Assembly: GCA_021613535.1 (NCBI GenBank)
Contig: CP075495.1
Coordinates: 16,210,842-16,274,841, forward strand
DNA from: Adineta vaga
Taxonomy: Eukaryota > Animalia > Rotifera
Direction: 5' to 3'
Length of the DNA stretch: 64,000 nucleotides
Of this stretch, positions 36,809-50,187 are shown one piece after another (position 1 is the first letter of the stretch; each line of letters starts with the position of its first letter). A program made the position numbers and the translations under genes. The notes beneath the pieces are model-generated. The model saw nothing but the letters and a program-made list of their open reading frames with translations. It did not search any database and had not been told where the DNA came from.

Positions 36809-38063
36809 TTGTTGTGAATCTTTTATGACACCGTTTGGAGTTGTAAGCCCTTTAAACGGTGGTGCATAAGGGTGAAAAGTTGGATGTACATATTTCCAGA
36901 TATTGTTTCCTGTTGATATATAAGATGTATTGTCTTCCATCTTTTTCTGTAGAAAAAGTGATTTCTCCTCGTGATATTTTTGTTTAATAAAACAATATTT
37001 CTCTAATTTTTCTTGTGTTTTAGATCTTCTATATACGCGTCTTGCAATATTCTGTTGTCTTGCTAGTTGAACAAGATATGGTGGCCAAGGTGGTCTGTAT
37101 TTTTTAACTGGTATGTATTCACTTGTTCTATCCCATGTAGAGGCGAGAAAATTCGAGAATAGTTCGAAGAATGGATCCGGTTCGAAGTTGTAAACAATAG
37201 AGTTGAAGTATGGATAAAGACACGTTAGGAAATACGTAAATATTTTCCAATTTGTTTTTCGAAAGAAGTTCTTTTCTCCAGCTGATAGTGGAGTTTTCAT
37301 CAATACAGAATAGTGATCCGAAGTGCCTTCATTTAATGTTTCTGCTTTCCAACCATTAGCATTGTGAGTGATTCCAAAATCTATAATTGCTAGTGAACGC
37401 TTTGATGTCTCTTTATCCGTACGAATCATTTCACACCCAGTCTCATCTAGCCAATCTTTTAGTTGATAACCACAAGCGTTGTTGTGCGGACAGAGCCAGT
37501 CAGTATGCTTTGCATTATAATCACCGAAAATATAAAAAGATTTATTTCTTACTTTATCGAATAAATGTCGTGGAAACGGTTTGTCTGGTGGTATATAGAT
37601 AGCGCCTAGGAAAATTGTTTTTGGGTGTATTTCGAGTTCGATTAAAATAAAATTTGTTTGCTTGTCTACCACCTTGGTTTTTAGTGAGTCGTGAACAAGT
37701 ATTGCTACACCTCCAAATGCGTTGGTTCCCTCTTGACTTATCCAGTAATAAGACGTAGTTTTGGGTAGATTTCTAATTTTTGATCCAACACCCGTTAATA
37801 TACAAATTTGAGGAATGTATGTAGATAAAAGGATATCCAGATCAGCAGTATGGGTGCTTAGACATTGACAATTATAGAGAATGAGAGAAAGATTTTCACA
37901 CGTTACAGTTGGTCGTTCTTTACGCCATAATTTAGAAATACTAGAAATAGATGCTCGATTATTCCATTCCTCAAAAATTGCTCTTAGAGTTCTCTTTTCT
38001 ATGCTGCTACCTTGATAACTTTCACAAACATTGATATCAACAATTGGTGAATAGAAGTGAAAA

Positions 38064-40064
38064 CTAGTGTTCATTGATTAATTGATCGTTTGGGTACATA
38101 CCTCTGAGTAACAATTCATTTTGTTTGTCCATGATGATTTTAAGTTTATGATGATGTTCGTCAAGTAGCAGCAGTCGCTTGTTGAGTGTGTTTATTGTAG
38201 AATTAACTGTTTTAATTAAGGATTCTCTTGCTTGTTTTTCTTTTTTGTTAATTGTTTCTTTATTAATATCTTCCAATACTTCACCCATTATCTGGATAGC
38301 TTGAATTATTGGTGGTAATATTTCACTGACATTTGTGTACATCTCTGACATCGCTTCCGTTTGAGTTTTAATTTGAATATTGAACAGTTGCCATTCTTCT
38401 ACCATTTTTTGTGTTTGTTTGTCATGTTCCTCTCTTATCTGTTTAAATTCTTTTTCATGTTCTCTTTTTAGGTTGTGTAACTTTTCATATAACTTCCTCA
38501 TCTCTGAATTCCATATCGTCGTTGTATTAAATGCAGCACTTGAATTTGGTGTTAACGACGGCCATGTGCTGTGATCATTGGTATTTGCATTAAATTGATT
38601 TAATTGTTGAATATGTGCAAGATTTCTACCACTATTTTCATTGATCAAGATTTTCTTACGTTTTTGGTCACGATATTGTTGTGGAATATAAAACTGAATA
38701 TTAGGTGGTAATAAATATGAATTGTGTTTTAATTGTTGTAGTAATTCTTCTCTAAATTTAGATATTATTGGACATGCGTAACTTGTTGCTTCATGATCGC
38801 CACCACAATGATAACATTTTACATTACAAGTAAAATGTTCTGCTCTGTTACTTCTGTCTTCACCACATCTTTTACATATATCGATGGCTGATTTACAGTT
38901 TTTCTTAATGTGACCTGGTGTATTACATTTGTTGCATAATAAAATTCTTGGTGATGGTAGAAATTCGTCGACTTCATATAGATGACCATTTATGACGAAC
39001 TTACCAGAAACTAATATTTTGTCATGCTCTTCTTTTGATAATAAATCAACTCTGATATGTCTCGAATAATTTGTTATCGTACCTAACATTTCTTCTACTG
39101 CATACACACTTTTTATTCTTTCTTTAACAATAATTATTATATCTTCAATTTTGATTTTGTTATCAATAAATTTTAATATCAATGCATTTCTTGCAGGTAA
39201 TTTTGAAGGTAAAATTGGTTCAATTTTCGTATTATTAATCGTCTCTGGATAATTATTATTGTCGCACATAAAAATAAATAATTCAATGTATTTCGTGAAA
39301 CAGAGTAAGTTTCCATTGGTGTCCACCATGTAATGATCAAATCCAAGCGGATTAGAATATTGTGAATTTAATTTCTTAAAATTTTGTTCGATCTGTTTCA
39401 GGAATTCCTTGACAATTAGTGATGCTTCATCTTGTGTCTTTAGTGTTGGTTCACATTTAATTTTTATTGGTGAAAAGCGTTCTTCAACAGCATACTTCAT
39501 CGCATGCCGTGATACATAAATTTGGTCTTTAGTCATACTTTCCCATCGTCCTTCGACATTTCTTCTTTCGCACATCTGATTTTTTTCTCTTTCATTGTTA
39601 CTAGTTAATTTTTGTGTATTATTCATAGTATCATATTGATTGCTGCCAAAGTTTGACAACTTTTGCTTGTTTCTTCTTTCCTCTTCCTTTCGTTCTTCGT
39701 TCTGTGATATATTTCGTGTTGAATTCTTCATTTCAGTCCGACCATGCCTATATGTAGACGATGTTATTGTTCTACCTTGTACAAAGGCATCAGTACGTGG
39801 TGTTTTGATTCCTCTTCTATTTGTTCTGGATTTTATAGTCCATCGATTGTCTTCATGTTCACTTTCAGCTTCAGGAGAATATTCAGATTCTTCAGGATTG
39901 TTATCTATTTTACTTTGGGTTCTTTTTAAAGACGAACTGCCATTTTCCTTGTTTGTTCTACCATTTCTCTTGTTTGTTTCATGACTTTTTTTAACGTTTT
40001 CATTGTCACACATTCGGTCTTTGGCTTCTTTGCTCATGTTTGCATAATAATTATAATTATTCAT
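38064..40064 (-). CDS. LINE ORF1 (gag-like, three zinc knuckles)
   Basis: CNKCNTPGHIKKNC, CKRC..H..C and CYHCGGDHEATSYAC, followed by a coiled-coil C-terminus. Overlaps the ORF2 start. Confidence 0.85.
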   Translation of the reverse strand: MNNYNYYANMSKEAKDRMCDNENVKKSHETNKRNGRTNKENGSSSLKRTQSKIDNNPEESEYSPEAESEHEDNRWTIKSRTNRRGIKTPRTDAFVQGRTITSSTYRHGRTEMKNSTRNISQNEERKEEERRNKQKLSNFGSNQYDTMNNTQKLTSNNEREKNQMCERRNVEGRWESMTKDQIYVSRHAMKYAVEERFSPIKIKCEPTLKTQDEASLIVKEFLKQIEQNFKKLNSQYSNPLGFDHYMVDTNGNLLCFTKYIELFIFMCDNNNYPETINNTKIEPILPSKLPARNALILKFIDNKIKIEDIIIIVKERIKSVYAVEEMLGTITNYSRHIRVDLLSKEEHDKILVSGKFVINGHLYEVDEFLPSPRILLCNKCNTPGHIKKNCKSAIDICKRCGEDRSNRAEHFTCNVKCYHCGGDHEATSYACPIISKFREELLQQLKHNSYLLPPNIQFYIPQQYRDQKRKKILINENSGRNLAHIQQLNQFNANTNDHSTWPSLTPNSSAAFNTTTIWNSEMRKLYEKLHNLKREHEKEFKQIREEHDKQTQKMVEEWQLFNIQIKTQTEAMSEMYTNVSEILPPIIQAIQIMGEVLEDINKETINKKEKQARESLIKTVNSTINTLNKRLLLLDEHHHKLKIIMDKQNELLLRGMYPNDQLINEH

Positions 40065-43000
40065 GTGTATTTATATATTTGATAACACTAATAATGTTGA
40101 ATTAGATGAGTAATCGCAGGATAAATATTTTTAGAAATATACACATTTGTCACACGATATACGTGTGTCAACAGAGGAGGAACGATACGTCCATCTTCGA
40201 CGTATGTGATCAACCGAGTTACTTCTACAATACAATTCTCAACGATACAGCTTGCCAGTTGATTTTTTACTATATCGTTCATTCGATCAAGAACACGAAA
40301 TGCGCCTTCTGATTTGTCATTGCTGATTTACCACTGTGTATTTTCTAAATTATCGATAAACTTCATGCACATTAGAAAATCAAATTGTACAATTCTAACA
40401 AGCCGTATTTATAACCGATCCGTTGTGGAACCTGACCTTTTTTAGGGATTTTAATTTTAAAAAATACATAGTTAGTTTTATTTGATCATGTTGAGAATAA
40501 GTATTTGAAAATATCAATACATTTTCGACTAAAAAATTGAGATCATTAATTAATCGATAATATGGTATACAAAAAAAATGAAGATATTTTTTTCTTTCTG
40601 TATGAAAAAATATCATTATGCTTGAATGAGATTTGAAAAAAATCATGCTCGCAAAACGATCTGAAAAGTCGATAGACACAACTAAAACATTTGAGATGGA
40701 AATGATTTGAATAGAAATGTTGAACGAATTAATATTTCCAGTTAAAATGCAGAAAAAAAATTTTAACTTTCATTTTGCAAAAAGATAACAAAATCAAAGT
40801 CACATCTTTGTTAAAACGATACTAAACCATACATCAAAAAACAAGCATAAAGAAAAAGGATGACATTAATTGATAATCAGTGTAATAAAAAAACGTGCTA
40901 AAGAGCAGTATATTGAATCGAAACCCTTGGAAATCATTTATCTTGAACATGAATCATAAAAAGAGGAAAATTTGTAATGAATTTCACCAAATGAAAGTAT
41001 CGCATCATAAAAAGATTTGAACAGAAAAAAACTCAATTTTAATTTCTAAGCAAGAACTTAAATTTAAATAATCAAGTATTTTTCTATACTTGATAGGTCA
41101 AAAAGAAAATATAAAAGAAATAAACTCAGAACAATGCCAAGTCAATTAATCTTATTTAAAATAAACAACATGTCATGACGAATATTGGTTGTACATGAAT
41201 AATTGTTCTTTCAAACAAGATAAGAAAAGAGAATGATTTTATATTCTAACGTATTGTTTCGTTTTTCAACATTCGAGCTGTTGTTCATCATTCTGAACTG
41301 ATATGAATCAGTATAATTTTTAAAAAGTTGCTTCAAGCATCAGGAGCAAAGATAATTTCATATTACAAAATTATAACTGTTATCATATCAACTAAAAACT
41401 TCATTTTTCATACCCATTTAACATATAATCAATAAATTCTGTATTTTTGAAAATAAGAAGTATTTTTTCAATAATATATAGGTAAGTCGTGTTCTTTTGT
41501 TTCAATTAAGGTAAATATCAATTTAATTTAATAAATAAAGTAAGATTTATTTTATTCGAAGAAATAAAAGATATATCCTAATCGATTTATCATTTTGATT
41601 AATGAAATGAATATATTTTATCGAAAAGTCTTTTCATTTGTTAAAAATAGAAATGCCTTAGTTGACCTTCCACAGCGGAAAAAGAGTTCGTCTGTCGTTT
41701 GATTAAATTTTGATTTGAAAATAAAAAAATGCAATGTGAATTATATCATTGATTGATTTCATAAATTTTCAAAATGAATATCCTAAACTGTGAACAATTT
41801 TTCCCTAATTTACAATTCATCGTATGTGAAATTCTAAAAAAATGAAAAATCAGATCTATTGTTAGCAACTGGATCTATTACTGTATATGTTTCTGATACT
41901 TTTTTTCTCATCTGCTCCATTTATCGATGAAAATTCTAACTTGTTTTAACATTTATAACAGCTTCTATCGCTAATTGTTGAGCTGCTTTATTCTTGATAT
42001 TTTTCAATCTAGAAACTACTTACACAACTTTTTTTCTTCGTTTTTATTGTTTATTTAAGAACATCAATCTATCTCATATGTTAGAATGATCAGTTCGATT
42101 GTATCTCTTTCAGTATAAAATTTGAAATCAAAAATTTCTTTCATTCGAAAAGAGTTAACGTAAAAATTCGAACCTTTCAATTTTTTCTTATTTCGTATGT
42201 TTATGACATCTACCGATCATCTTTTCACATCGTATTTAAATTTAGCTTTGAGAACTAAGATATTTAGTAGATTTTAGCGAATTCTAGTGTAGGATCAGAG
42301 ATTTGAATAATGTTAATTCATTATATTTCTTCTTCACGATTGTAATCATGTATATCTTAACATTTCGATCATATTCAGTGGGAATTTTCTTAACCTATTT
42401 TTTCACAATTCATCATGATCGATTCGTCATCCATCGTAATTTAAATCTACGAAACGAACATAGATATAATCGTATCCACTAGTATTTATGAAAAAAAATC
42501 TTTCTAATGAGAATGATCAAGTATCATATCCCCCATTTAGAATTTAGTTTTGTTATTTCTATTTCGTTATCAATGTTAGAATATGCTTTCTTAAATGACA
42601 TCTGATGAATAAATAGATAGATGCGATATATTTTTCGTTGCATAAGTTCTTGAATTGATTCATATTTTTACTAGATCATCGCATGAGGAAACATATAGAT
42701 ATACTGACAATAATCAGTTTTATTTTAAAAGCTACATCTATGATTTATTAGATTTAAATATTTGCATGAAATAAGATTTTAATATTTTTATTATTTTGAA
42801 AATTTGGAATGTTCGTTTTTTCAAAACTTTGATTTTGATTATATAGATATATACATATTGTTCATAGCAATGATCATTACGTTGTTGATGTTCTTTTTTT
42901 TAACAAATAACAATATGTTATTTTTCACGAATTTTGGTAAAAAAGACTTTTTTTATGAAAAAAAGCATAGAAAAATCTAAATTTGTACATATTAATTTCT

Positions 43001-43259
43001 TCTATGGTCTTTATTATAAAATCTAATACTACGTGTATTTCTATTTTTGGTACATTGAAAGTAAAGAGAAGACATGGAAAAATCAGCTACTCACGTGTAA
43101 ATCTGAACGAGAGATGATACTCTGTTTTAATTATAGTTATTGATTTGATGATATACCAAACCAATTCAATAATAATATACATATTTAATCTTAAAAATAT
43201 TTTTTTAATTAGAATCTTTTAAGCAAATAATTTTTTTGAAAAATATAATATGTTTTAGA

Positions 43260-46200
43260 TCATAACATAAAAACGAAATATGAACAAGCAATGTATTTTT
43301 TGCACTATGTTGTGTGCAAGTTATTGTTGCGCACAATGTAATCAAATGACGCGTGGTTTAAAATTCACACGTTTACTTCAGCGTTTGGAAAGATGTTCTG
43401 AAAGTATCATGTACCACGACGAAATCAATTCTGTTGCACAACGAATTAAACAAGTAAGTTTATTTCACGACGATTAAATTAAAAAATTAAAATATTCTAG
43501 GTGGATTTAATTACGTTACCATTTCAATTTTCTCCTGCTCATGTTTTCAATGAAACAAAGCATGTAGTAGATGTGGTCGCCAAAGAATATCTTCAAAAAG
43601 CGACTGATGATACACATCATCTTGTTCCTGTTGATGTTCTTGGCGATGGAAATTGTTTATACCATTCTATTGTTGTTCTGATGGACAGTCCATTGGTAAC
43701 AGCTATTGAACTACGAGGTACAATTTCTTTTCTTTGATGAAATACTAAATTTATTTTTAAAATATTTTTAGTTCGAACTATCCTGGAACTTATAACTAAT
43801 GAAAATTATTATCAAACTATGTACTCACAATATGTGGGACCTACTGATGTCGCTATTAAAGCTATTTGTAAGAATTATACGTTTTCTGAATTATATGAAA
43901 TTGCTGCATTAAGTAATGTACTACGATGTAACATACGAAGTGTGTATCCAAAAATTGATTTTCAACACTATATGACAATTTGGGATAACCTTTTTACACC
44001 CATTCCACCGGTTATTGCCAATTGTAACATTGCGATTTTATGGTCAAACGCCTTGAATGAAAAAGATGTTAGAGAAATACACAATGGCACGTGGAGACCA
44101 AATCATTTTGTTCCACTTCTATCGCCATCTATTCTTAATGAGTTGAACAGTCAATCAACATTACTTGTCGTGGTAAGTCACCTATCTGTAAGTAGAGAAG
44201 CGAGCACTTCGAAACTTTTCTTTAGACTCCCGAAAAGAGAACGTTCAAGAACAATGCTGTTACTCAAATAAGAATACCTGAATTTCGATCGTCTCTTAGT
44301 AGACGTTTACGAAGTGAAGGCAACATCGGAAATGATTTTGCTCAATCAAATATTTCAGATTCAATGCAAAAGGAAAATAATGATAAAGAAGAACGACGTC
44401 ATATTCAACTTCAGAAGCAAAGAGAACGTAATCGATCGAGTCGAATGAATGAAAAAGAAGAACAGCGGCAAGTTCGTCTACATAAGGAGAAAGAACGAAG
44501 TCAATCAAATCGGATAAATGATACAGAAGAGCAACGTCAAATTCGGCTCGAGAAGATGAACGAAAGAAACCGGTTGAGTCGAACAGACGAATCAGAAGAG
44601 CAGCGTCAAGTTCGACTGGAACAACAAAAAAAAAGAAGTCAAGCGAATAGGACTAAAGAGAAACTTGAAAAACAAACTAATGAAAAATTGGCGCTATAAA
44701 AGACAATATTCGTTCATCATGGTCGGAACCAATTCCTCGTGATTTAAAAGAAACTCGTTTGCAGCAATTTTTAGAACAGATGTCCATGTCGAAACTAGCT
44801 GAAGCTACTTGTGCCGTTTGCAATATTCGTACTTCAGCAAAAGATGCGAAGAAAATACCAATCTCAAGAATTTCAAATATGGATTTGCTTAAAGTTTCTT
44901 ATCTTTTCTTTATTTATAATAGGACCGGATTCATTGAACACTCCTGCTAAATCATCACAAAACAATATTTATACTGCGTTACGCACTATTGATTTGACAG
45001 GCTTCGCAGAAAAAACATATCAATCACCTAATTTTTCAACACCAACAAAGCAACATCTACCTTCTCCATCAATTCCTTACAAGTCTCCATTGATTCCATT
45101 TCGATCACCTTCAATTCCTTATAGATCACCAGTACCGAGTCCATTGAGACAAACACAAACACATGATCGATCTGTATCTGATATGTAACAATAGTTTTTA
45201 ATAAAAATAAAATATCTATTAATCATTTTTAGATATTGATGTTTCATATAATCCATTAAATTTACCTCCAGTCTGTTTATCAATTCCAAATCCTTCATCG
45301 CCTAACTTCATGTCACGATTTCGTGCTTTTGTCGTTCTGCTTGTTGAATGGTACAACACTCACAAACATACTGACACATGTTTTAAATATTATGATCCTA
45401 ATCGAGATGGCAAAAAAGATTGTCGAATGAATATGCCACGAAAATTAGTAGCAAGCTCCACAATCGATCCAGATACAGGTCATATCTCAATGCGACGATC
45501 ACATCCATGGATCAATAATTTCAATGAATATCTTATATCAGCTTGTCGTTCCAATATGGATATTAAATTTATTTGGACTGGTAATGATGCTAAAGCTTTA
45601 GTCTATTATATTACCGACTACGTTACGAAGATGAGTCTATCTTTTCATGATACATTTTCTCTTGTTCAAAAAAGTGTCGCATCATTACAAAATCCAAACA
45701 ATAAGTTGGATAATGAAAATGTAATCGAAAAATCGCGTAAACTCGTTTTACGTTGTTACAATGCACTTGCTTCACAACAAGAATTGTCTGGTGTTCAAGT
45801 TGCATCTTATCTTATGAATTTCGATGATCATTATACGACACATAAATTTCAAGGTCTTTATTTAATTCAAACTGAACGATATTTACAAACTGAATTAAAT
45901 GAAATTCGTGCAAAGCAAAATCCTCAATTAACATCACACGGTAAACCTAATTAGCTTATTATATACGCTTGTTTTTTAATTGACTCTCATATAATGACAA
46001 TCTTTTTTTCTATATGTACAGCGTGAGATGCAGATAGAGAGAGAGGAGAGAGAGAAGAAAAAAAGATATGTAGCTAAGAGAGGAGGAAATAAAGAGGGAG
46101 AGAGAGGAAAAGAAAAAAAGAGAGGAAGAAAAATAAATCACGATAGACACAATATGAACAGCAAGAAAATTGACCTATGATGATCAATTAACAGCAGTCG

Positions 46201-49200
46201 CACATATTAAGAGATGAAGGAAAGAGGAATAATGAAAAAGAAGGACGACGGAATTTATAAACAATCTGTGAGAAGTTAAACAAAAAGAAACAATCAACTT
46301 GATATATTTATCATACAAATTCTTCTTGATATGTGAAAAGATGAAACAGTCCATTTATGATGATTAAAAAAATATTTTTTTTTTCACATATAGATGTAAT
46401 TGACGATGAAGATGTATGTGATGATGAAACAGTTAATGATGAAAATAATGATGAAGAACATTTCCAAGTTCAATCAACGGAAGATAAAAACAATCTTATA
46501 CTTGTTAATACACGCATTGATTATCAATATCGTTCCGACAAGCTCAATAACATATGTTTATATGATTATGTCAGTACGTTTTATAAGAAAAAAATCAATC
46601 AAACAGATTTAAAATATTTATCGAAATCTTCTGCGACAGAAAAACAACAAAATAATCAAAGAGGTCGGCCATCTAATGAGCGGTTTTCTTTTCAAAAAGA
46701 ACATCCTCAAGCAACAACACATATATTGATGAAATATAGTGAACTTCATGTACCCGTTCTTTACGGCCCACAAGTTCCTCGACAAGATCGTGATGATACT
46801 CGGGAACGGTACAATCGAGCACTTCTCACTCTCTTTGTACCATGGCGCAATGCAATCGATCTATGTGACGTCAATCAAACATGGGAAGATGCATTTGAAT
46901 CTCGCAAAAATCTTATTTCTGCTTATTCATGGAAGATTATAGAAAATATTCAACTTTTACATGAATGTAAAAAAGATCGTGATGAACATCTCCTTCAAGT
47001 TATTGCTAAAGCACAAGTCGGTAATGACTCAATTGATCCTGTATTGTTACCATCAAACCAAGATGCTAATGTTGAATACGAAGCAGATGATATCGACGAT
47101 TTAATTCAATTGATAGACAGCGTAGATGAATTAACAGCTGCTGCAATTAATGCCACGAAAAAATCAACAGAAAATGTATATATTCGAGAAACGACTGAAG
47201 CTGTGGAAAAAGTTGGACGGTTCAATCATATGAATCGTAAGTGTTAATTGTTTTATTATTCATATCATTTAGGAAAAAAATATAAATTGTTTTAGAACAT
47301 AATCAACATGTTTCAAACACAGTCACTGATCGACAAATTGTGCCGTTTGTTTCTGCAACATCTAACCTCATTAAACTCAATTCAAAATGGCAAGATCAAT
47401 TGAAGATTGAAAAGGAACGAATTAGACGCAGTTTGATTTTGGGCAAAGATAACAATGATGATGATATATTGAATTTTGATGATGTGACTCACGCCGTTGT
47501 AACGGTAGTCAATCCATATGATAATCAAACTAATTGCGAAAAAAATACATCGATTCCTCCAGCACTTGTAGTTAGAAACAATTACTCAACTCAAAGCAGC
47601 ATCATTGATGAATTTACTTTGAACAAAGAACAAAGAGCTGCATTCTTGATAATAACAAGTCATCTTGATGGTGACAATCGATGTCGCACAGGTACTTTCA
47701 TAAATTAAATCCTTATTTCTTCGACCAAATAATATATTTTAGGTGATAATAATGGTCAACTCATAATGTGTATACCTAGATGTGGTGGAACGGGCAAATC
47801 ACAATTAATTCGTGTTCTCACCAAATATTTCCTTGTCACAAAAAGAATGCAAATGATGCGAAAACTTGCACCTACTGGAATTGCGGCAGCTAAAATTGAT
47901 GGTATGACAATTCATTCATTTTTAGGTGAACAAGGTAATTCAGGAAAGCCACGTACCATTAAACCAGGTGATTTCAAACTTGAAAAAGAATGGAGACCTG
48001 TCGAATATCTCTTAATTGATGAGATGAGTATGGTTGGCTTAACTTTATTGGGAAAACTTAACAGAATTATTTGTTCTGCCAAACATGTCGATCCTCAAGT
48101 TCCATTTGGTGGTGTGAACGTAGTCTTCTTTGGTGATTATTTACAATATCGACCGGTATATGATTCACCATTACACACCGATTTTTCATTACCATCCAAA
48201 AAGAAACAAAACAAGGTACCATCTGAAAAAGAAATTCAACAACGTGTTGCCCGTTCTTTAATTCTTCAAATTAATTGTGTCGTGAAGCTTACACAACAGA
48301 TGCGAACAGAAGATATACGATATCTGCAACTGCTCGATCGACTTCGTCACGGACAATGCAATCATGACGATTATGAATTATTGGAAACACGAGTTGTTGG
48401 ACAATCAACAATAGAATCTCTACATGATTCGCCATGGAACAAAGTAAATCCACTTTTTCATATAAAAGAAATAATTTTTTTCCTGTTCAGGCTCCCATTC
48501 TTGTGTTCCGAAATGAAGTGCGCACTCAATTAAACAACAAGGCAGCAATTCACAATGCGACACAAATATGGCATCCACCAATAGTATGTGTTGCTTAAGA
48601 TACGTGCAAAGGCAAACCAATAGAAGATCCAATATTACTTAAAAAATTATTTAGAATTATCTGATAGCAAGACAGAACATTTACCTGGTCTTTTGCCTTT
48701 TGTACCAGGAATGCCTGTTATTTTAACACAAAATATTGCTACTGAACTCGGTCTTATCAATGGTATTAATGGAATCTTTCGACAATTAGTATATCACGAA
48801 GAATCAGTATCAACAGGAAATTTATCACAAATGTTCCCGAACAACACACGATATATTCGTCGACCGATCTATGCTTTAATCGAAATTATTAAATCAAAGA
48901 TCGAATGCAAACTTGAAGATCTTGAACCAAAACTTATTCCAATTCTGTTAGTAGATCAAACATTTCGTGTCGATGTTGCCGATATTCTTCCGAAAGACAA
49001 TTTTATCAATTAAACGATCTGCATTACCACTTGTACCTGCTTATTGTATTACAACACATAAAAGGCAAGGTCAAACATTGAACAAAGTCGTTGTTGATTT
49101 AAAATTGCCAAATGAAACTGATGATATTGCAGCAGTTTATGTGCCACTATCTCGTATGAAACGTTTAGCCGATCTAGCCATTCTACGGCCATTCGATTAC

Positions 49201-49790
49201 AAAGTTTTACTGATGAAACCAAATAAATCTCAAGTTACTGAAATAGGAAGACTTGATAAACTATATATGAACACACGATTACGTTTCTCGGAATTGTTTC
49301 AATAGGTTTTATATATAACAACACAATTCTTATTATTTCTAAATTATATAGTTTTACTAGGAACAATGTACATTTCTCGTATGTGTTCTCATATTTTATA
49401 AAATCATGGAATTTCTAAACTTAAATACTCTTTAAATTAGATTTTGTTTCTCTTGTATTGATTATGTTGTGAATGATTTGGTAGATTATGTGTTTTTTAT
49501 GTTCGTTCTTATTTGTTTCAATTTAATGTAAAATAAATTTCTGCTATGTAGTTGGTTATGAAAGTTCTCGAATAAATCTTTTCAGTTGTTATATAAATTC
49601 GAATATTATTTATTTGAATTTGCTGCAAAACAACTTACAGGATGATAAGCTAACAAAACAGAGTTCGAACGAGTATATAATAAAAAATACAATTCAAATT
49701 ATTACGAATGATTTAAGCAACAGAAAACATTATTCAATACGTGTTATTCAGTCGAGGGCTAAGCGAGTCTGTCTCGACGAGCGTTATTTA
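43260..49790 (+). mobile_element. Decayed Helentron/Helitron2 with OTU (vertnin-like) protease, charged repeats, partial Rep and PIF1 helicase
   Basis: OTU: GDGNCLYHS..NHFVPLL. EEQRQVRL repeats. Rep: HKHTDTC..NMDIKFI..YITDYVTK. Helicase: GGTGKS, APTGIAA, IDEMSMV, GDYLQ, QQMR, HKRQGQT, YVPLSR. Contains an internal deletion, stops and frameshifts. 3' subTIR CAGTCGAGGG plus a hairpin at about 49749-49785. The 5' end was not found. Confidence 0.85.
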
Positions 49791-50138
49791 TTATCACTTG
49801 ATGTCGTCTAATAGAAAGAGAAATTTTGAATTATTGTAGTAGAAAGGCAGGAAAAAAATCAACTAACCGAATTATATTCCATGAAATCATTGTAGTTTTG
49901 ATAGGTTAAATGTTGATTGTAATTGTTTACTAATGAACAAAATGTAATTGATTTCCAAGTTATACATATGAATAACCATATAAGTATAAGAATTACTAGG
50001 AGTACAGCGAAGATTTTTAAGTGTTTGACTAACTCGTGAGCATATCACTGTGGATACATTATATAATTAGATTCCTTCATGTCGTGGATAAATGAAATAT
50101 CTATTAAATATTTTAAACTCTTTCATCCTATGTTCAAA

Positions 50139-50170
50139 CACACCCTCATCCACACCCTCACCCACACCTC
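50139..50170 (-). repeat. Short telomere-like hexamer tract (TGTGGG/TGAGGG variants)
   Basis: Plus strand reads CCCTCA TCCACA CCCTCA CCCACA. Confidence 0.4.
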
Positions 50171-50187
50171 AAGATGGTTTTCGTAAT

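Larger units (their letters stand above)
33920..38074 (-). pseudogene. LINE ORF2 (AP endonuclease + reverse transcriptase), split into 38074-36809 and 35497-33920 by the PLE; likely C-terminal frameshift
   Basis: APE motifs YNCQ, GDYNAKH, IDF and SDH. RT motifs RPISLL, VDFMSAFD, GAPQGSVL, FSDD and YLG. Removing 35498-36808 restores KDSQQ-IADALANHYE in frame. Confidence 0.85.
33412..40312 (-). mobile_element. Non-LTR retrotransposon (jockey-like, two ORFs), interrupted by a Penelope insertion
   Basis: Gag-like ORF1 and APE-RT ORF2 on the minus strand. AATAAA followed by a poly(A) tail at about 33412-33437. The 5' end is approximate and no TSD was found. Confidence 0.85.

Noticed and set aside
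40400-43200. Possible decayed minus-strand gene
   Set aside because: Only short stop-riddled segments with no recognisable motif; it cannot be supported without a search.
43022-49811. Classical Helitron1 ends (A|TC at 43022 and CTAA|T at 49811)
   Set aside because: The Rep motifs and the subTIR plus hairpin fit a Helentron. TC and CTAA are too common in AT-rich DNA to be informative.
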